This document shows, piece after piece, positions 1 to 8,291 of a DNA stretch of 60,876 nt. The notes below the pieces were generated by a model. The model did no database searches, had not been told where the DNA came from, and worked only from the letters and a program-made list of their open reading frames with translations. This stretch comes from a virus (Duplodnaviria; Caudoviricetes). The number at the start of each line of letters is the position of its first letter. Within the stretch, counting starts at the first letter, position 1. Made by a program: the position numbers and the translations under genes. Where the stretch lies: the IMG/VR virus record IMGVR_UViG_3300021961_000097, positions 1 to 60,876 of that record. One strand, given 5' to 3'.

Positions 1-158
1 GACCAGGTCGTCGTTGTCGCCATTGGGGAACGCCGCGCATTCCTCGATCACTTCATCCGCCCAGTCAGTGTCCGGTGCCCACACCATACCCGACTCGAGT
101 ATCGGCGCAACGGCATTGGCCCTCGATACCTTGTCCTGCCCCGCACGACGACCGCCGG
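1..158. repeat. Terminal overlap with 60719-60876 (circular/permuted assembly)
   Basis: 1-126 identical to 60719-60844; mismatches only at 127, 139, 142, 157. Confidence 0.97.
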
Positions 159-1365
159 GTGAGTACATGGTCACCGGCACACCTAGCCGGCGCAGTTCCT
201 GCTGAAGCGTGATCCCTGTCGCTTTGGCCTCGATCAGCACGTTATCGGGTTGCCAGTAGTCGTACTGCTCCTTCGCCAGCCGCTTCAGGTCAGGGAAGTC
301 CCAGCGGCCCTTGCGCATATCAACCAGCATCAACGACGTCGCGCTGTCGTCGTTAGGCTTAAACACACCCCACGTCGTGATCGCGCTGTAGTCCGCCGTC
401 TCCTTCTTGCTGTAGGCCGTATCGTAAGACTGGATAATGTACTCGAGCCGTGGCACATGGTCCTTGTCCCAGCGCCGCCACCACTCACGTTTCAGGATCG
501 CCCCCTCATCCGCCGTGGGCCTCTGCTGGTACATCGCGTTCCACTTCTGCACGGACAGCGACGCCTTCACCGCCTTCAACTCTTCGATCTTCCAGAACGA
601 CGGCCACAAGGCACGCTCGGTCGGCAGGTCCTCGTCGAATATCGCCGGGAACTCAATAACCTCCCACTGGTCCGCGTTGTGACTGGTCTGCGCTTTAAGT
701 AGCCTGGCAGTGAGGTCCTTGGTCCCCCAACGGGTCATCACGATCACTACAGAACCGCCCGGTTGCAAACGGGACCGGGGGCCAGAGGTGTACCACTCCC
801 ACGCATTCTCCAGCGCCAGCGCAGACAGGGCATCCTGCTCCGAGTGCGGGTCGTCGATGATCAGCAGGTCCGCGCCGCGTCCTGTCATCGCACCGCCCAC
901 ACCTACAGCAAAGTATTCCCCGCCTTCGCTCGTGTCCCACCGGCCTGCGGCCTTTGAGTCTGCCTTCAGATAGCAGTCAGGGAAGACCTCCTTGTAACGG
1001 TCAAGGTCCATAAGGTTTCGCACCTTCCTGCCAAACCGCACCGCCAGTTCGCCGGTGTGCGTGGCCTGAATCACCTTGCGTGTTGGATCACGGCCCATCA
1101 TGAATGCGGGTAGCAGATAAGATGCGAACTCGGATTTTGTATGACGCGGGGGCATGTTGACAATAAGTCTTTTCAACGTGCCGTCGGCTATGCGGTCAAA
1201 GGCCGCCGCCATCTTTTCGTGATGGCTGGAAAGGATCGCCTCGGGCCAGACGTACTTGGCAAAAGAAAGGAAACTATTCTGTGCGCCTTCCTGGGCTTCC
1301 AGCATTGCTAGGCGTAACTCGAGGCGCAGGCGCTCGGCTTCAATGTCTTCAATGGCAGTCTGCAT
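1..1365 (-). CDS. terL: Terminase large subunit, main part (continues across junction to 60605; ~492 aa total)
   Basis: Not in ORF track; translated by hand from ATG at 1365: MQTAIEDIEAERLRLELRL...RLIVNMPPRHTKSEFASYLLPA (Walker A-like)...GRGADLLIIDDPHSEQ (Walker B)...VVIVMTRWG; frame joins the NDDLVDSTTQAL nuclease motif at the other end. Confidence 0.95.
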   Translation of the reverse strand, partial: MQTAIEDIEAERLRLELRLAMLEAQEGAQNSFLSFAKYVWPEAILSSHHEKMAAAFDRIADGTLKRLIVNMPPRHTKSEFASYLLPAFMMGRDPTRKVIQATHTGELAVRFGRKVRNLMDLDRYKEVFPDCYLKADSKAAGRWDTSEGGEYFAVGVGGAMTGRGADLLIIDDPHSEQDALSALALENAWEWYTSGPRSRLQPGGSVVIVMTRWGTKDLTARLLKAQTSHNADQWEVIEFPAIFDEDLPTERALWPSFWKIEELKAVKASLSVQKWNAMYQQRPTADEGAILKREWWRRWDKDHVPRLEYIIQSYDTAYSKKETADYSAITTWGVFKPNDDSATSLMLVDMRKGRWDFPDLKRLAKEQYDYWQPDNVLIEAKATGITLQQELRRLGVPVTMYSPGGRRAGQDKVSRANAVAPILESGMVWAPDTDWADEVIEECAAFPNGDNDDLV

Positions 1366-1434
1366 TTAAAATAATTTTTGCAAAAATTTTTTAGGGTTTT
1401 GATTTTCCAGACAAAGGGGGTGGGTTTCAAGATA

Positions 1435-1450
1435 TGTTTCACATGGAACA
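1435..1450. promoter_or_regulatory. parS-like palindrome
   Basis: TGTTTCACATGGAACA; reverse complement TGTTCCATGTGAAACA is one mismatch from parS consensus TGTTNCACGTGAAACA; intergenic. Confidence 0.55.
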
Positions 1451-1589
1451 AGGGTCATTTTCGTTTCAGGCCGGATTATTTTTGCGAAATCTAGCTAAAG
1501 CTATCGCCCTCGCCGCCGGGGCGGCAAAAACCGGGGTGCGCTGTACGAAAAACGTACAAAATGAACCAAAATGGCCCTAGGGTACCTGC

Positions 1590-1621
1590 CTATTTCCGGT
1601 AATGCTAATTACCGGAAATAG
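1590..1621. repeat. Perfect 14-bp inverted repeat
   Basis: CTATTTCCGGTAAT-gcta-ATTACCGGAAATAG. Confidence 0.9.
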
Positions 1622-1633
1622 CGTTCTCAATAA

Positions 1634-1646
1634 AATCAAGCACTTA
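1634..1646 (+). promoter_or_regulatory. IHF-type binding site
   Basis: AATCAAGCACTTA matches WATCAANNNNTTR. Confidence 0.5.
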
Positions 1647-1923
1647 CGCTCACGCACCCTGCGCCATGGCCCAGGCGCCCAGGATCGGGGGGAAAGGGCC
1701 GTGCAACAAGGGGCAATCGGCCCGGTCCTGGGCCGGGCGAGGCCCTTTTTCTGGTTTCCTCGGGCGCTTGCGTTGCGAAGTAGGGTCTAGGTATGGCCCC
1801 TGTCTCGCGTCGCTCCTGCGGCCTCCTGTAGCCTCTCGCGGCGTGTGACAACATGTGGCTCAAATACAACACCTTTTGGCTAAAAAATCATGTTCTGTTT
1901 TGGCTAGATTTCAACACAATCGG

Positions 1924-2358
1924 CTAGATATTCGTATCATTGCCGCATAGCAGGCGATGTCGCATGACATCCCACAGGACTGCGTCCAGGCGCCAGCTAT
2001 CCAGGGGCTGGGCATCTATCCCCAGGCGGTACACTTCCTCCGCCTGGGCGCCGTGATAGAGCAGGAGCCTGCCGTCAGCCGGCCTCGTCGTCCCCGTCTT
2101 CTGATGGTGTACCAGGATGTATGTCGGCATCCCCAGGGCCGCATGCTTCAACTGGAATGCTATTTGGTGCGGACTCAGGCTCACCTTCCTCCCACTCTTC
2201 ACCACTTTCAGTTCCACCATCACCCAGCAGTCCTTCTCCAGGGCTATCAGGCAGTCCGGTATCCCCAGACCCACCTTGTTCTCCAGGCGCGTTATCGTCG
2301 CCCTCGGCAAGTTCTCCCTCACCCTCTGATAAAGTCTCGCCTCCGGTCCCCTCGCCAT
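1924..2358 (-). CDS. VRR-NUC / PD-(D/E)XK nuclease (putative junction resolvase)
   Basis: E at N-terminus, GIPD, VELK and LSPHQIAF motifs. Confidence 0.8.
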   Translation of the reverse strand: MARGPEARLYQRVRENLPRATITRLENKVGLGIPDCLIALEKDCWVMVELKVVKSGRKVSLSPHQIAFQLKHAALGMPTYILVHHQKTGTTRPADGRLLLYHGAQAEEVYRLGIDAQPLDSWRLDAVLWDVMRHRLLCGNDTNI

Positions 2359-3004
2359 TTAGAAATACCTCCAGTGGGTCAATATCATTGTCTTTTTGAA
2401 TGAGCGCATACTTCTCTCCCAGTTCGTCCGGCGTCATGTCGATGATCTGCTTTGGCGGAGGGCCGCCGTAAAGCTGTTGCAGTTCCTCTAGCTTGCGCCG
2501 CACCTCTTCCTTGCTCATCGAATCAATTGTGCCGTGCCTGATCTCTTTGCGATCCACGTAGATCGTGCCCAGGGCCTGCCCTCTCCGATACTCCGCCGTG
2601 ACCGCCGCCCCAAAATTTCCAGCATCAAGTGCGGCATCTCGTATCTCTTTCAGGTCGCGCATGTGCCGCTCGAATGTCGTGCCGTACACCTCTGCCAGTT
2701 CGCGTCGGTACTCCTGGATTGCCGCGACGACGTGCGGATTCTTCTTTGGGTCTGTCAGCCTTCGGCCTGTGTCGCTTGCGAGTTCAGGGGAATAGCCTGC
2801 ACGAATTGCGGCTTCCTTTAACGTACAGCGCCCGTCGCCAGACACCAGTTCCTGAATAAATTTCCACTCTTTCGGCGTAACGATCCTGCGTTGTTCTTTC
2901 AATGGCTTCACCTTGGTTGATAATCTCTCGTCTAGTTTGGGCCGCTTCAACGGCACTTTGTTCATGATCTCTCGCAGTCTTTCCTTGTCTTTATCTTTTT
3001 TCAT
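2075..3004 (-). CDS. terS: Terminase small subunit with acidic C-terminal tail
   Basis: TPKEWKFIQELV...TLKEAAIRAGYS...NPHVVAAIQE HTH signature; start at 3004 chosen from the ATGA overlap with the upstream gene. Confidence 0.8.
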   Translation of the reverse strand: MKKDKDKERLREIMNKVPLKRPKLDERLSTKVKPLKEQRRIVTPKEWKFIQELVSGDGRCTLKEAAIRAGYSPELASDTGRRLTDPKKNPHVVAAIQEYRRELAEVYGTTFERHMRDLKEIRDAALDAGNFGAAVTAEYRRGQALGTIYVDRKEIRHGTIDSMSKEEVRRKLEELQQLYGGPPPKQIIDMTPDELGEKYALIQKDNDIDPLEVFLNGEGTGGETLSEGEGELAEGDDNAPGEQGGSGDTGLPDSPGEGLLGDGGTESGEEWEEGEPESAPNSIPVEACGPGDADIHPGTPSEDGDDEAG

Positions 3005-3216
3005 TGCACCCTCTCGCAAGTCCACTCATTCCAACCGCTCTCCCTGACCTTGAAGACGCGAGGCGGATTACGTTTTGAAAAGAACAACGCCGCACTCCTG
3101 GCACGCTGGGCATCTGCGTTGCTGTTAATCAGGAAGTAGTCCCCGATGATCATCGCCTTGAACGGGTATTTTGCACGCCCACTCGCCAGGTATTTAACTA
3201 TGACTTTCCTTTTCAT
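3001..3216 (-). CDS. Small basic putative DNA-binding protein (KYPF..M..GD.F family)
   Basis: KYPFKAMIIGDYF motif shared with 6193-6399. Confidence 0.65.
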   Translation of the reverse strand: MKRKVIVKYLASGRAKYPFKAMIIGDYFLINSNADAQRARSAALFFSKRNPPRVFKVRESGWNEWTCERVQ

Positions 3217-3219
3217 CTA

Positions 3220-3720
3220 CTTTTCTCTATTTTTCTACCAGCACGGCAACACACGTCAATTTTTTGATACTTTCCCACTTTGTTCTACTTTGTTCAATAA
3301 TCCACAGTTTTCTATTTTTCTACTTACCACACGTTCAACACGTCAACACGTCTAAGATAAAGTTCTTGAAAAATAAAAAATATTTTTTCTAAAAATGACC
3401 CGCGCGCGCACCCCGTAGATTTCGATTTTGCCAACACGTCAACACGTCTGTAAAAACAGTAACGTGTTGGGTAACGTGTTGGCTGAAGCCTTATATTCCG
3501 TGGCTTTGTACACCAACACGTCAAATATAAAGTTTTTACAATTTTATTTTTTTATTTTTTTATTTTCTCAGGAACTTTATCTTAGACGTGTTGGCCCTTG
3601 GTCCCTGGCACCCGAATCACGCTACACCCCGCGTATTCATTGACATTCGCCCCATCAACACGCCAACACGTCAGCGTTTCATAGACGTGTTGCTTGCCGT
3701 GTTGCCGTGTTGCTTGGTGT
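3220..3720. repeat. Putative replication origin: many (C)AACACGT repeats in both orientations, A/T tracts, ~40-bp inverted repeat
   Basis: CAACACGTC / ACGTGTTG copies from ~3245 to ~3715; arms ~3344-3382 and ~3553-3593. Confidence 0.6.
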
Positions 3721-3874
3721 ACAACTCGCCAAACATCTCCCAATAATCGGCGTGGCATTGCCGGTTATGGTTGCAGTTGAAGCATATTCCCAGGGCGTCG
3801 TCGAACTCAGGGGTCTCGCACACTGACCCTTGATCCGTGCCCCAGGTATCTTCTGGGCAGTAACACTGACTCAT
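3671..3874 (-). CDS. Hypothetical Cys/His-rich protein
   Basis: ATGA coupling to the upstream gene; CxC...C...CxxCxHxxxCH. Confidence 0.55.
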   Translation of the reverse strand: MSQCYCPEDTWGTDQGSVCETPEFDDALGICFNCNHNRQCHADYWEMFGELYTKQHGNTASNTSMKR

Positions 3875-4059
3875 GAGTCACCTTCCTGCTCGAATTCTTT
3901 TTCGATGCGCTCGGCCATGATCCTGCCGACTCGGATGCATTCGTCGGCGGCTTCCTCCGGGTTGTTAAAGACGTGAGCAGGTTCCCGGCCCATCCATACA
4001 TGCAGGACGACACCGCTGTAAAGCGCGGTGAGCGTTTTTTTATCTTGGTTCGACATCAT
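3871..4059 (-). CDS. Hypothetical protein
   Basis: RBS ACAGGAGAAAGAA before ATG at 4059. Confidence 0.65.
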   Translation of the reverse strand: MMSNQDKKTLTALYSGVVLHVWMGREPAHVFNNPEEAADECIRVGRIMAERIEKEFEQEGDS

Positions 4060-4072
4060 TTCTTTCTCCTGT

Positions 4073-4738
4073 TTAGTGTGCTTTTTCCCATAAAACATAA
4101 TCTTCGTGGTAATAATCTAAAATTTGTTGCTGTCTGTCCTTCGTTAATAATTCATCATTTGGGGGTCTAGGAAATTTCCTGCAATGCGGAAACTCTCTAA
4201 CGACGCCGCCGCACCGTTGAACCAACTCATTAATTTTGATTTTAAAATTGTCGAAGGCCCAAACAGTGGCGTTGTCACTTAAAAAACTATTTTGTCTTCT
4301 TCCTATGGAATTTTTGAACGCACAAATGAAGTAATCTACTGCTTCTACATTTTCATAATATTTTGTTAAATCTGTTAGGTTTCCTGGGCAATCAAGGAAT
4401 CTATCCCAAAAGGCATTATGAATGCCTTTATTATCATTCCCCTCAATAGCGCGGTTTATCTGAATTTCTTTTGCTGAATTATCAGGATGAAATAAAAGGT
4501 AATTTACTCCAGACAAAAAACGATCAATCGGGTGGCGTATTACTCCTACGCATTCCATATCCTGATTTACTAATTTTTCATCTAACAACTCATGCCATCC
4601 CTTATGTCTTACAGTAGGGTGACAAATATCCGTGGTCTCATCAAGAATGCCTGATTCCTGCAAGATTAGTTGGCATGAAGTTGATGCGCATTTAGGCACG
4701 TCAATAAAAGCAAAATTGTGTTTGTATGAGATAATCAT
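4073..4738 (-). CDS. Sulfotransferase (Sulfotransfer_2-like)
   Basis: [11 protein letters not shown] (5'-PSB loop), [12 protein letters not shown] (3'-PB), C-terminal YYHEDY; AT-rich. Confidence 0.8.
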   Translation of the reverse strand: MIISYKHNFAFIDVPKCASTSCQLILQESGILDETTDICHPTVRHKGWHELLDEKLVNQDMECVGVIRHPIDRFLSGVNYLLFHPDNSAKEIQINRAIEGNDNKGIHNAFWDRFLDCPGNLTDLTKYYENVEAVDYFICAFKNSIGRRQNSFLSDNATVWAFDNFKIKINELVQRCGGVVREFPHCRKFPRPPNDELLTKDRQQQILDYYHEDYVLWEKAH

Positions 4739-5142
4739 TTACGTCGGTAAAAAATGTGGTTGTTTACTTGTATCGTTGGCGTCATGGTCCGTTTCCAGGC
4801 CGGATTTACCCACGTCGCGTGGTAATGCGTCGCGCCATGCGTGGAGTCTGGAATCCAGCCCTGGACAATGGCCCACGAGAAAATAACGGCGGTGCCGTAG
4901 GCTTCTCGGTTGTGGAACTCCTCGGGCAGGCCGTCGCACCAGAACGAAAAATGGCACTGGTGCCTGAGTGGAACGTGGCGCCAGTAGCGTCCCTGCTTGA
5001 CGACATCACAAACGGTTCCTGGATAATCGTCATCTGCAACCCGGTTCATGATGACGTGCCCTACTGCATGCTGGCCCACGACAGGTTCGCCGCGTGCCTC
5101 GTGGTATATCGCCATTGCCATGCACAGGACTGCTTCGATCAT
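4735..5142 (-). CDS. Cell wall hydrolase, SleB / Hydrolase_2 family
   Basis: [46 protein letters not shown]. Confidence 0.92.
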   Translation of the reverse strand: MIEAVLCMAMAIYHEARGEPVVGQHAVGHVIMNRVADDDYPGTVCDVVKQGRYWRHVPLRHQCHFSFWCDGLPEEFHNREAYGTAVIFSWAIVQGWIPDSTHGATHYHATWVNPAWKRTMTPTIQVNNHIFYRRK

Positions 5143-5148
5143 GTCGCG

Positions 5149-5666
5149 TCACTTGTGTTCGTCTGCCTTAGTTTTCAAGTGGTCGTGCAGTGTCTTGATC
5201 CACCAGAAGAACAAATCCTCTGTCAGTTCGTGTTTCATGATGTTCACTCGATGCGCCACCAACTGGATGTTGTTCGGGTTGTAAGGATCGTGCGGGATGA
5301 TCCTGTCGATGCTGGCATTAAATTCCTTCTTGCCGCCACCGTCCCGATGGTATGTCAGCGCGACACCTGAGATTGCGCATCGCCCACCTTGTTTCTCCCA
5401 CAGTGCCATCAGGTCCTCGACGGTGATGTTGAATTCCGCTTTGATCGGATGACCCTTGTTTGTCTTCCGATTAGTGTGCGTATATTTTGATTGCTGGAAC
5501 AACCTGCGCAGGTATGGCCCTGGTCCTTGGGACGAGACCATGCGACGCTTGACCTGAATGCAAACGGAGCAAAGCATTTTACCTTCGGTAAAGTCAGAAA
5601 GAGGCTTGAGTTCGCGGCAGTCACGGCATCTCTTCCTCGTCGGTGTCGTCTTCTTCTGGTTCATCA
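5149..5666 (-). CDS. His-Me finger / HNH-like endonuclease with N-terminal Zn ribbon
   Basis: CRDC...CSVC; KQGGRCAISG, SIDRIIP..YNPNNIQLV..VNIMK; start uncertain. Confidence 0.7.
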
Positions 5667-5791
5667 TCGGTATCTTGACAGCAACAGTTCTTATCGTAAA
5701 GAACGTACATAGGATCACCAGTGCCGTAGGGATCGAACTCAGGCGTGTATGGTGTGAAGCACACCGGACAACTAACAGCCGTCTCTCTATC
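5621..5791 (-). CDS. Small acidic Cys-containing protein
   Basis: MDRETAVSCPVC...CCC...acidic tail; 3' part of ORF 5621-5932, fits gene tiling. Confidence 0.45.
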   Translation of the reverse strand, partial: DRETAVSCPVCFTPYTPEFDPYGTGDPMYVLYDKNCCCQDTDDEPEEDDTDEEEMP

Positions 5792-5969
5792 CATTCTGAT
5801 CTTCACCGTGTTTCCTCCCGGCGATCCAGACCCGCTCTCTACCGATTGCCTTTGTGAACGCATGGCACTTCGGGCAATACCAACCGATCCTGGTGTTGTC
5901 CTGAGGCCGGATAATTTCTTCCTGTTTTTCACCGCATGGGCATGGGATTGTTTTTATCGTCCCGTTCAC
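5787..5969 (-). CDS. Small Zn-ribbon protein
   Basis: GTGA overlap with upstream stop; CPC...WYCPKC. Confidence 0.55.
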   Translation of the reverse strand: MNGTIKTIPCPCGEKQEEIIRPQDNTRIGWYCPKCHAFTKAIGRERVWIAGRKHGEDQNG

Positions 5970-6208
5970 TTGGTCACCTTCTTCTCCGGCAGGATTAAAT
6001 CGACAGTGTCGAGCCTTGCACGCTTCACCACTTCCAGGATCGTATCGATACATGACTGGGTGTCGTCGTGGATGTCTCTCAGCGCCACCATGATCTTCAG
6101 CCTGTCGACGTAATACATGTCGTCGCAGTGCGACAGGACGATTTCTCGTTTCTCCTGGTTGTGTTTATCCATAGAAGAAAAGATTTGTTCGGCTAGTTCT
6201 TCCGCCAT
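5966..6208 (-). CDS. Hypothetical protein
   Basis: Tiles with neighbours; GGAGG upstream. Confidence 0.6.
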   Translation of the reverse strand: MAEELAEQIFSSMDKHNQEKREIVLSHCDDMYYVDRLKIMVALRDIHDDTQSCIDTILEVVKRARLDTVDLILPEKKVTK

Positions 6209-6399
6209 ATTCTAATGCCTCCATCCTCACGTCTTGCTATGTAAGTTCTGTTATACCTGTAGCCAACTGCGTTGGCCGCTTTGTACGCTTTGCCGCCTAG
6301 CTTCTCTTCAAAGAAAGCGGACTGCCCTGGTTCCATGTCCACGAAAGGATACTTTCGTTGGCGCGTGGTGCTTGGGACTGGAATATCTTTTTCAATCAT
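6193..6399 (-). CDS. Small putative DNA-binding protein (IEKDIP.P...KYPF..M...IRIWR)
   Basis: Motif recognised from a widespread phage family; GGAG RBS. Confidence 0.75.
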   Translation of the reverse strand: MIEKDIPVPSTTRQRKYPFVDMEPGQSAFFEEKLGGKAYKAANAVGYRYNRTYIARREDGGIRIWRKN

Positions 6400-6424
6400 G
6401 TTGGTTCTCCATTAAAAATTAAAG

Positions 6425-6540
6425 GTCCCCGCGACTCGGCGCCTTGTCTTGTAGGCTGGCGGGAGGCGCACGAGCCGCGAGTAGCCGTGACGTGGCTTAT
6501 GCGCCAGCCGGGGAGTGTGGGAGTAGACCCGGCTGGATTG
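6425..6540 (-). ncRNA. Candidate structured RNA / leader with three hairpins
   Basis: CCAGCCGGG/CCCGGCTGG stem with C-rich loop; short AGCC/GGCT stem; CGCGGCTCG-t-GCGCCT / AGGCGC-CGAGTCGCG stem with a G-U pair on the minus strand. Confidence 0.45.
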
Positions 6541-6544
6541 GTTT

Positions 6545-6643
6545 TTAAAAAATTGCCATTGCCATTGCGAAGATAAAAAGTATCACTGGGGCGACAAGCA
6601 CCCCGGCGATTCCTGCTAAAAGGTTTTTCATGTTGTCGTTCAT
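6545..6643 (-). CDS. 32-aa single-TM hydrophobic peptide (below ORF track cutoff)
   Basis: MNDNMKNLLAGIAGVLVAPVILFIFAMAMAIF; ATGA overlap with upstream stop. Confidence 0.6.
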   Translation of the reverse strand: MNDNMKNLLAGIAGVLVAPVILFIFAMAMAIF

Positions 6644-6975
6644 ATCTCGATCCACTCCCCGCTGTCATTGCGCACTACCGGCACAACCTGCTCGTCGTCG
6701 ACGGCGTTCCTGATTTTGCCGGTCCGCTCGTCTTTGTACTCCCAGCCGTCGTAGGTGCTTACCGATCCGGTGTGGATGTTCATGTACTGCTGGGGCGACT
6801 CCCAGATCACCTTGACGGGCGCGGTGTCCTCGAGCAGGGTGACCTTGATCTGGTCTTTCTTGTCGTCAATAAGCGTGAGGGCGTAGGTCATCGCCTCTAA
6901 TTCGTCCTCAAAAATATCGAGACCGAAGGCCGGGGTGTGTTCCGTGTAGTACGTTACCTGATATTCTGTTTTCAT
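6640..6975 (-). CDS. Hypothetical early protein
   Basis: Start MKTEYQ at ATGA overlap with the upstream gene. Confidence 0.7.
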   Translation of the reverse strand: MKTEYQVTYYTEHTPAFGLDIFEDELEAMTYALTLIDDKKDQIKVTLLEDTAPVKVIWESPQQYMNIHTGSVSTYDGWEYKDERTGKIRNAVDDEQVVPVVRNDSGEWIEI

Positions 6976-7328
6976 GATATGAACCCCAGGTCGAAACTGT
7001 AATGCGGCTCGGTGTACCACTTCGCGTCAGAGTTGCAGATAACCATCGAAGCGCCTATGCCCCACTCGTAGGGACCGTCCTCCCAGGACACCCTCCAGGT
7101 TTTGCCGTAGCCCCTGTACTCCGCTTCTTCAGGGTTCCAAAGCGAGACGTACTTCTCCGGGTCAGGATAATCCCCGCACTCCTTGGCATACTTAACCAGG
7201 GCCTTGTAGAAGGCCTTGGCGGCGCCCGGCGCGCTCTTGTATTTTTTAGGATTAAACTTCAGCTTAATCTTGCGCGGTGTAGTCTCGGGATAGTCCTCGA
7301 ACTCGCTGGTAAAAATTTCAATAGTCAT
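6972..7328 (-). CDS. Hypothetical early protein
   Basis: RBS ACAGGAGAAAGG before MTIEIF; WEDGPYEWG...WYTEPHYSFDLGF. Confidence 0.75.
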   Translation of the reverse strand: MTIEIFTSEFEDYPETTPRKIKLKFNPKKYKSAPGAAKAFYKALVKYAKECGDYPDPEKYVSLWNPEEAEYRGYGKTWRVSWEDGPYEWGIGASMVICNSDAKWYTEPHYSFDLGFIS

Positions 7329-7350
7329 AACCTTTCTCCTGTCTGTTTGA

Positions 7351-7920
7351 TTAGTGTCCGAAGCCCCAAGCGGTCTGGTGTTTTGGCTTGCCGTCCCACT
7401 TGCTGGCGTAAGCGAAGCTGTTGATCTTGAACCCGTACTGCCCAACCATCCTGGTGAACGGCAACCCAATTTCTAAGTCAGGAACAGCGATCACTTCTTC
7501 GTAAGTCATTTCCTGCATGGTTTTTTCTTGGCCGATTGAAGTCAGAGTAACTTTCTTGCCCTTGATTCCCAGAACCTTGTAGAAGTGAACATCGGTCTGG
7601 TCATACCCGCCGCTGGTGTAGTAAATGTCACCAGGCGCAACCTCTGTCGCGGCTTTCTCAATCGCCGCTTTCTTTTCGGCTTTCTTCTTTTCTTTGTAGG
7701 CTTCTTTGTCCTTGTAATACTCAACGTATTTGTCAAGGTAGGCCTTCATTGTTTCTGGAGTCTTGAAGTTATAGTAGAAATCAGGCTTGGCTCTTTTGCC
7801 GCTGAAGCCCTTGGCGACAGTGTCGCTGATTTTGTAGATCACCATCGTAGTACCAGGAACTTCGATCTTTTCCTTGTACTCTGTGGGAACGTAAAACTCC
7901 CTGGTCATTGTTACTCTCAT
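7351..7920 (-). CDS. Hypothetical early protein (GDI....GYDQT.V.FY.V family)
   Basis: Strong RBS, own promoter repeat; motif seen in many phage accessory genes. Confidence 0.8.
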   Translation of the reverse strand: MRVTMTREFYVPTEYKEKIEVPGTTMVIYKISDTVAKGFSGKRAKPDFYYNFKTPETMKAYLDKYVEYYKDKEAYKEKKKAEKKAAIEKAATEVAPGDIYYTSGGYDQTDVHFYKVLGIKGKKVTLTSIGQEKTMQEMTYEEVIAVPDLEIGLPFTRMVGQYGFKINSFAYASKWDGKPKHQTAWGFGH

Positions 7921-8010
7921 TTCTTTCTCCTTTCTGTTGAATTAACTTACATCAATATATTATCAAAACTGGAAATAAATACAACTACTTTTTACCATTT
8001 TTTTCTACTT
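7921..8010 (-). promoter_or_regulatory. Early promoter + RBS repeat copy
   Basis: A-rich tract, TTGTAT-16-TAATAT with TGn, then GTTAATTCAACAGAAAGGAGAAAGAA-ATG. Confidence 0.8.
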
Positions 8011-8274
8011 AATCAGTAATGCTTTTTTTATGTAATCGACACTGAATTTGTAGCCAGCCATTTCGGTCAGTATGTCCCTAACATGCTCCCTATCAACGCT
8101 GTCGTAATCGACGGGACAGTCAGGAAAAACAACAGGCAACAGTTTCATTGCCAGGATGATTGCACCCTTATCTAATCCGATCATGGGGTAGAGTGGTTCG
8201 TCAGTTTTTTCGCCGTAGAACTCAAAGCAGTAATCTACAAAGTCGATCTCTTCGGCAGTCAGTTCATTAAACAT
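8005..8274 (-). CDS. Hypothetical acidic early protein
   Basis: RBS ACAGGAGAAAGAA; FVDYCFEFYG...DSVDREHVRD. Confidence 0.75.
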   Translation of the reverse strand: MFNELTAEEIDFVDYCFEFYGEKTDEPLYPMIGLDKGAIILAMKLLPVVFPDCPVDYDSVDREHVRDILTEMAGYKFSVDYIKKALLIK

Positions 8275-8291
8275 TTCTTTCTCCTGTATGA

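Noticed and set aside
5149-5718. Intron- or intein-borne homing endonuclease
   Set aside because: Free-standing ORF that interrupts no gene; PolA, helicases and TerL look uninterrupted.
6420-6640. tRNA gene
   Set aside because: No cloverleaf, T-loop GTTC or CCA end; kept only as a candidate structured RNA.
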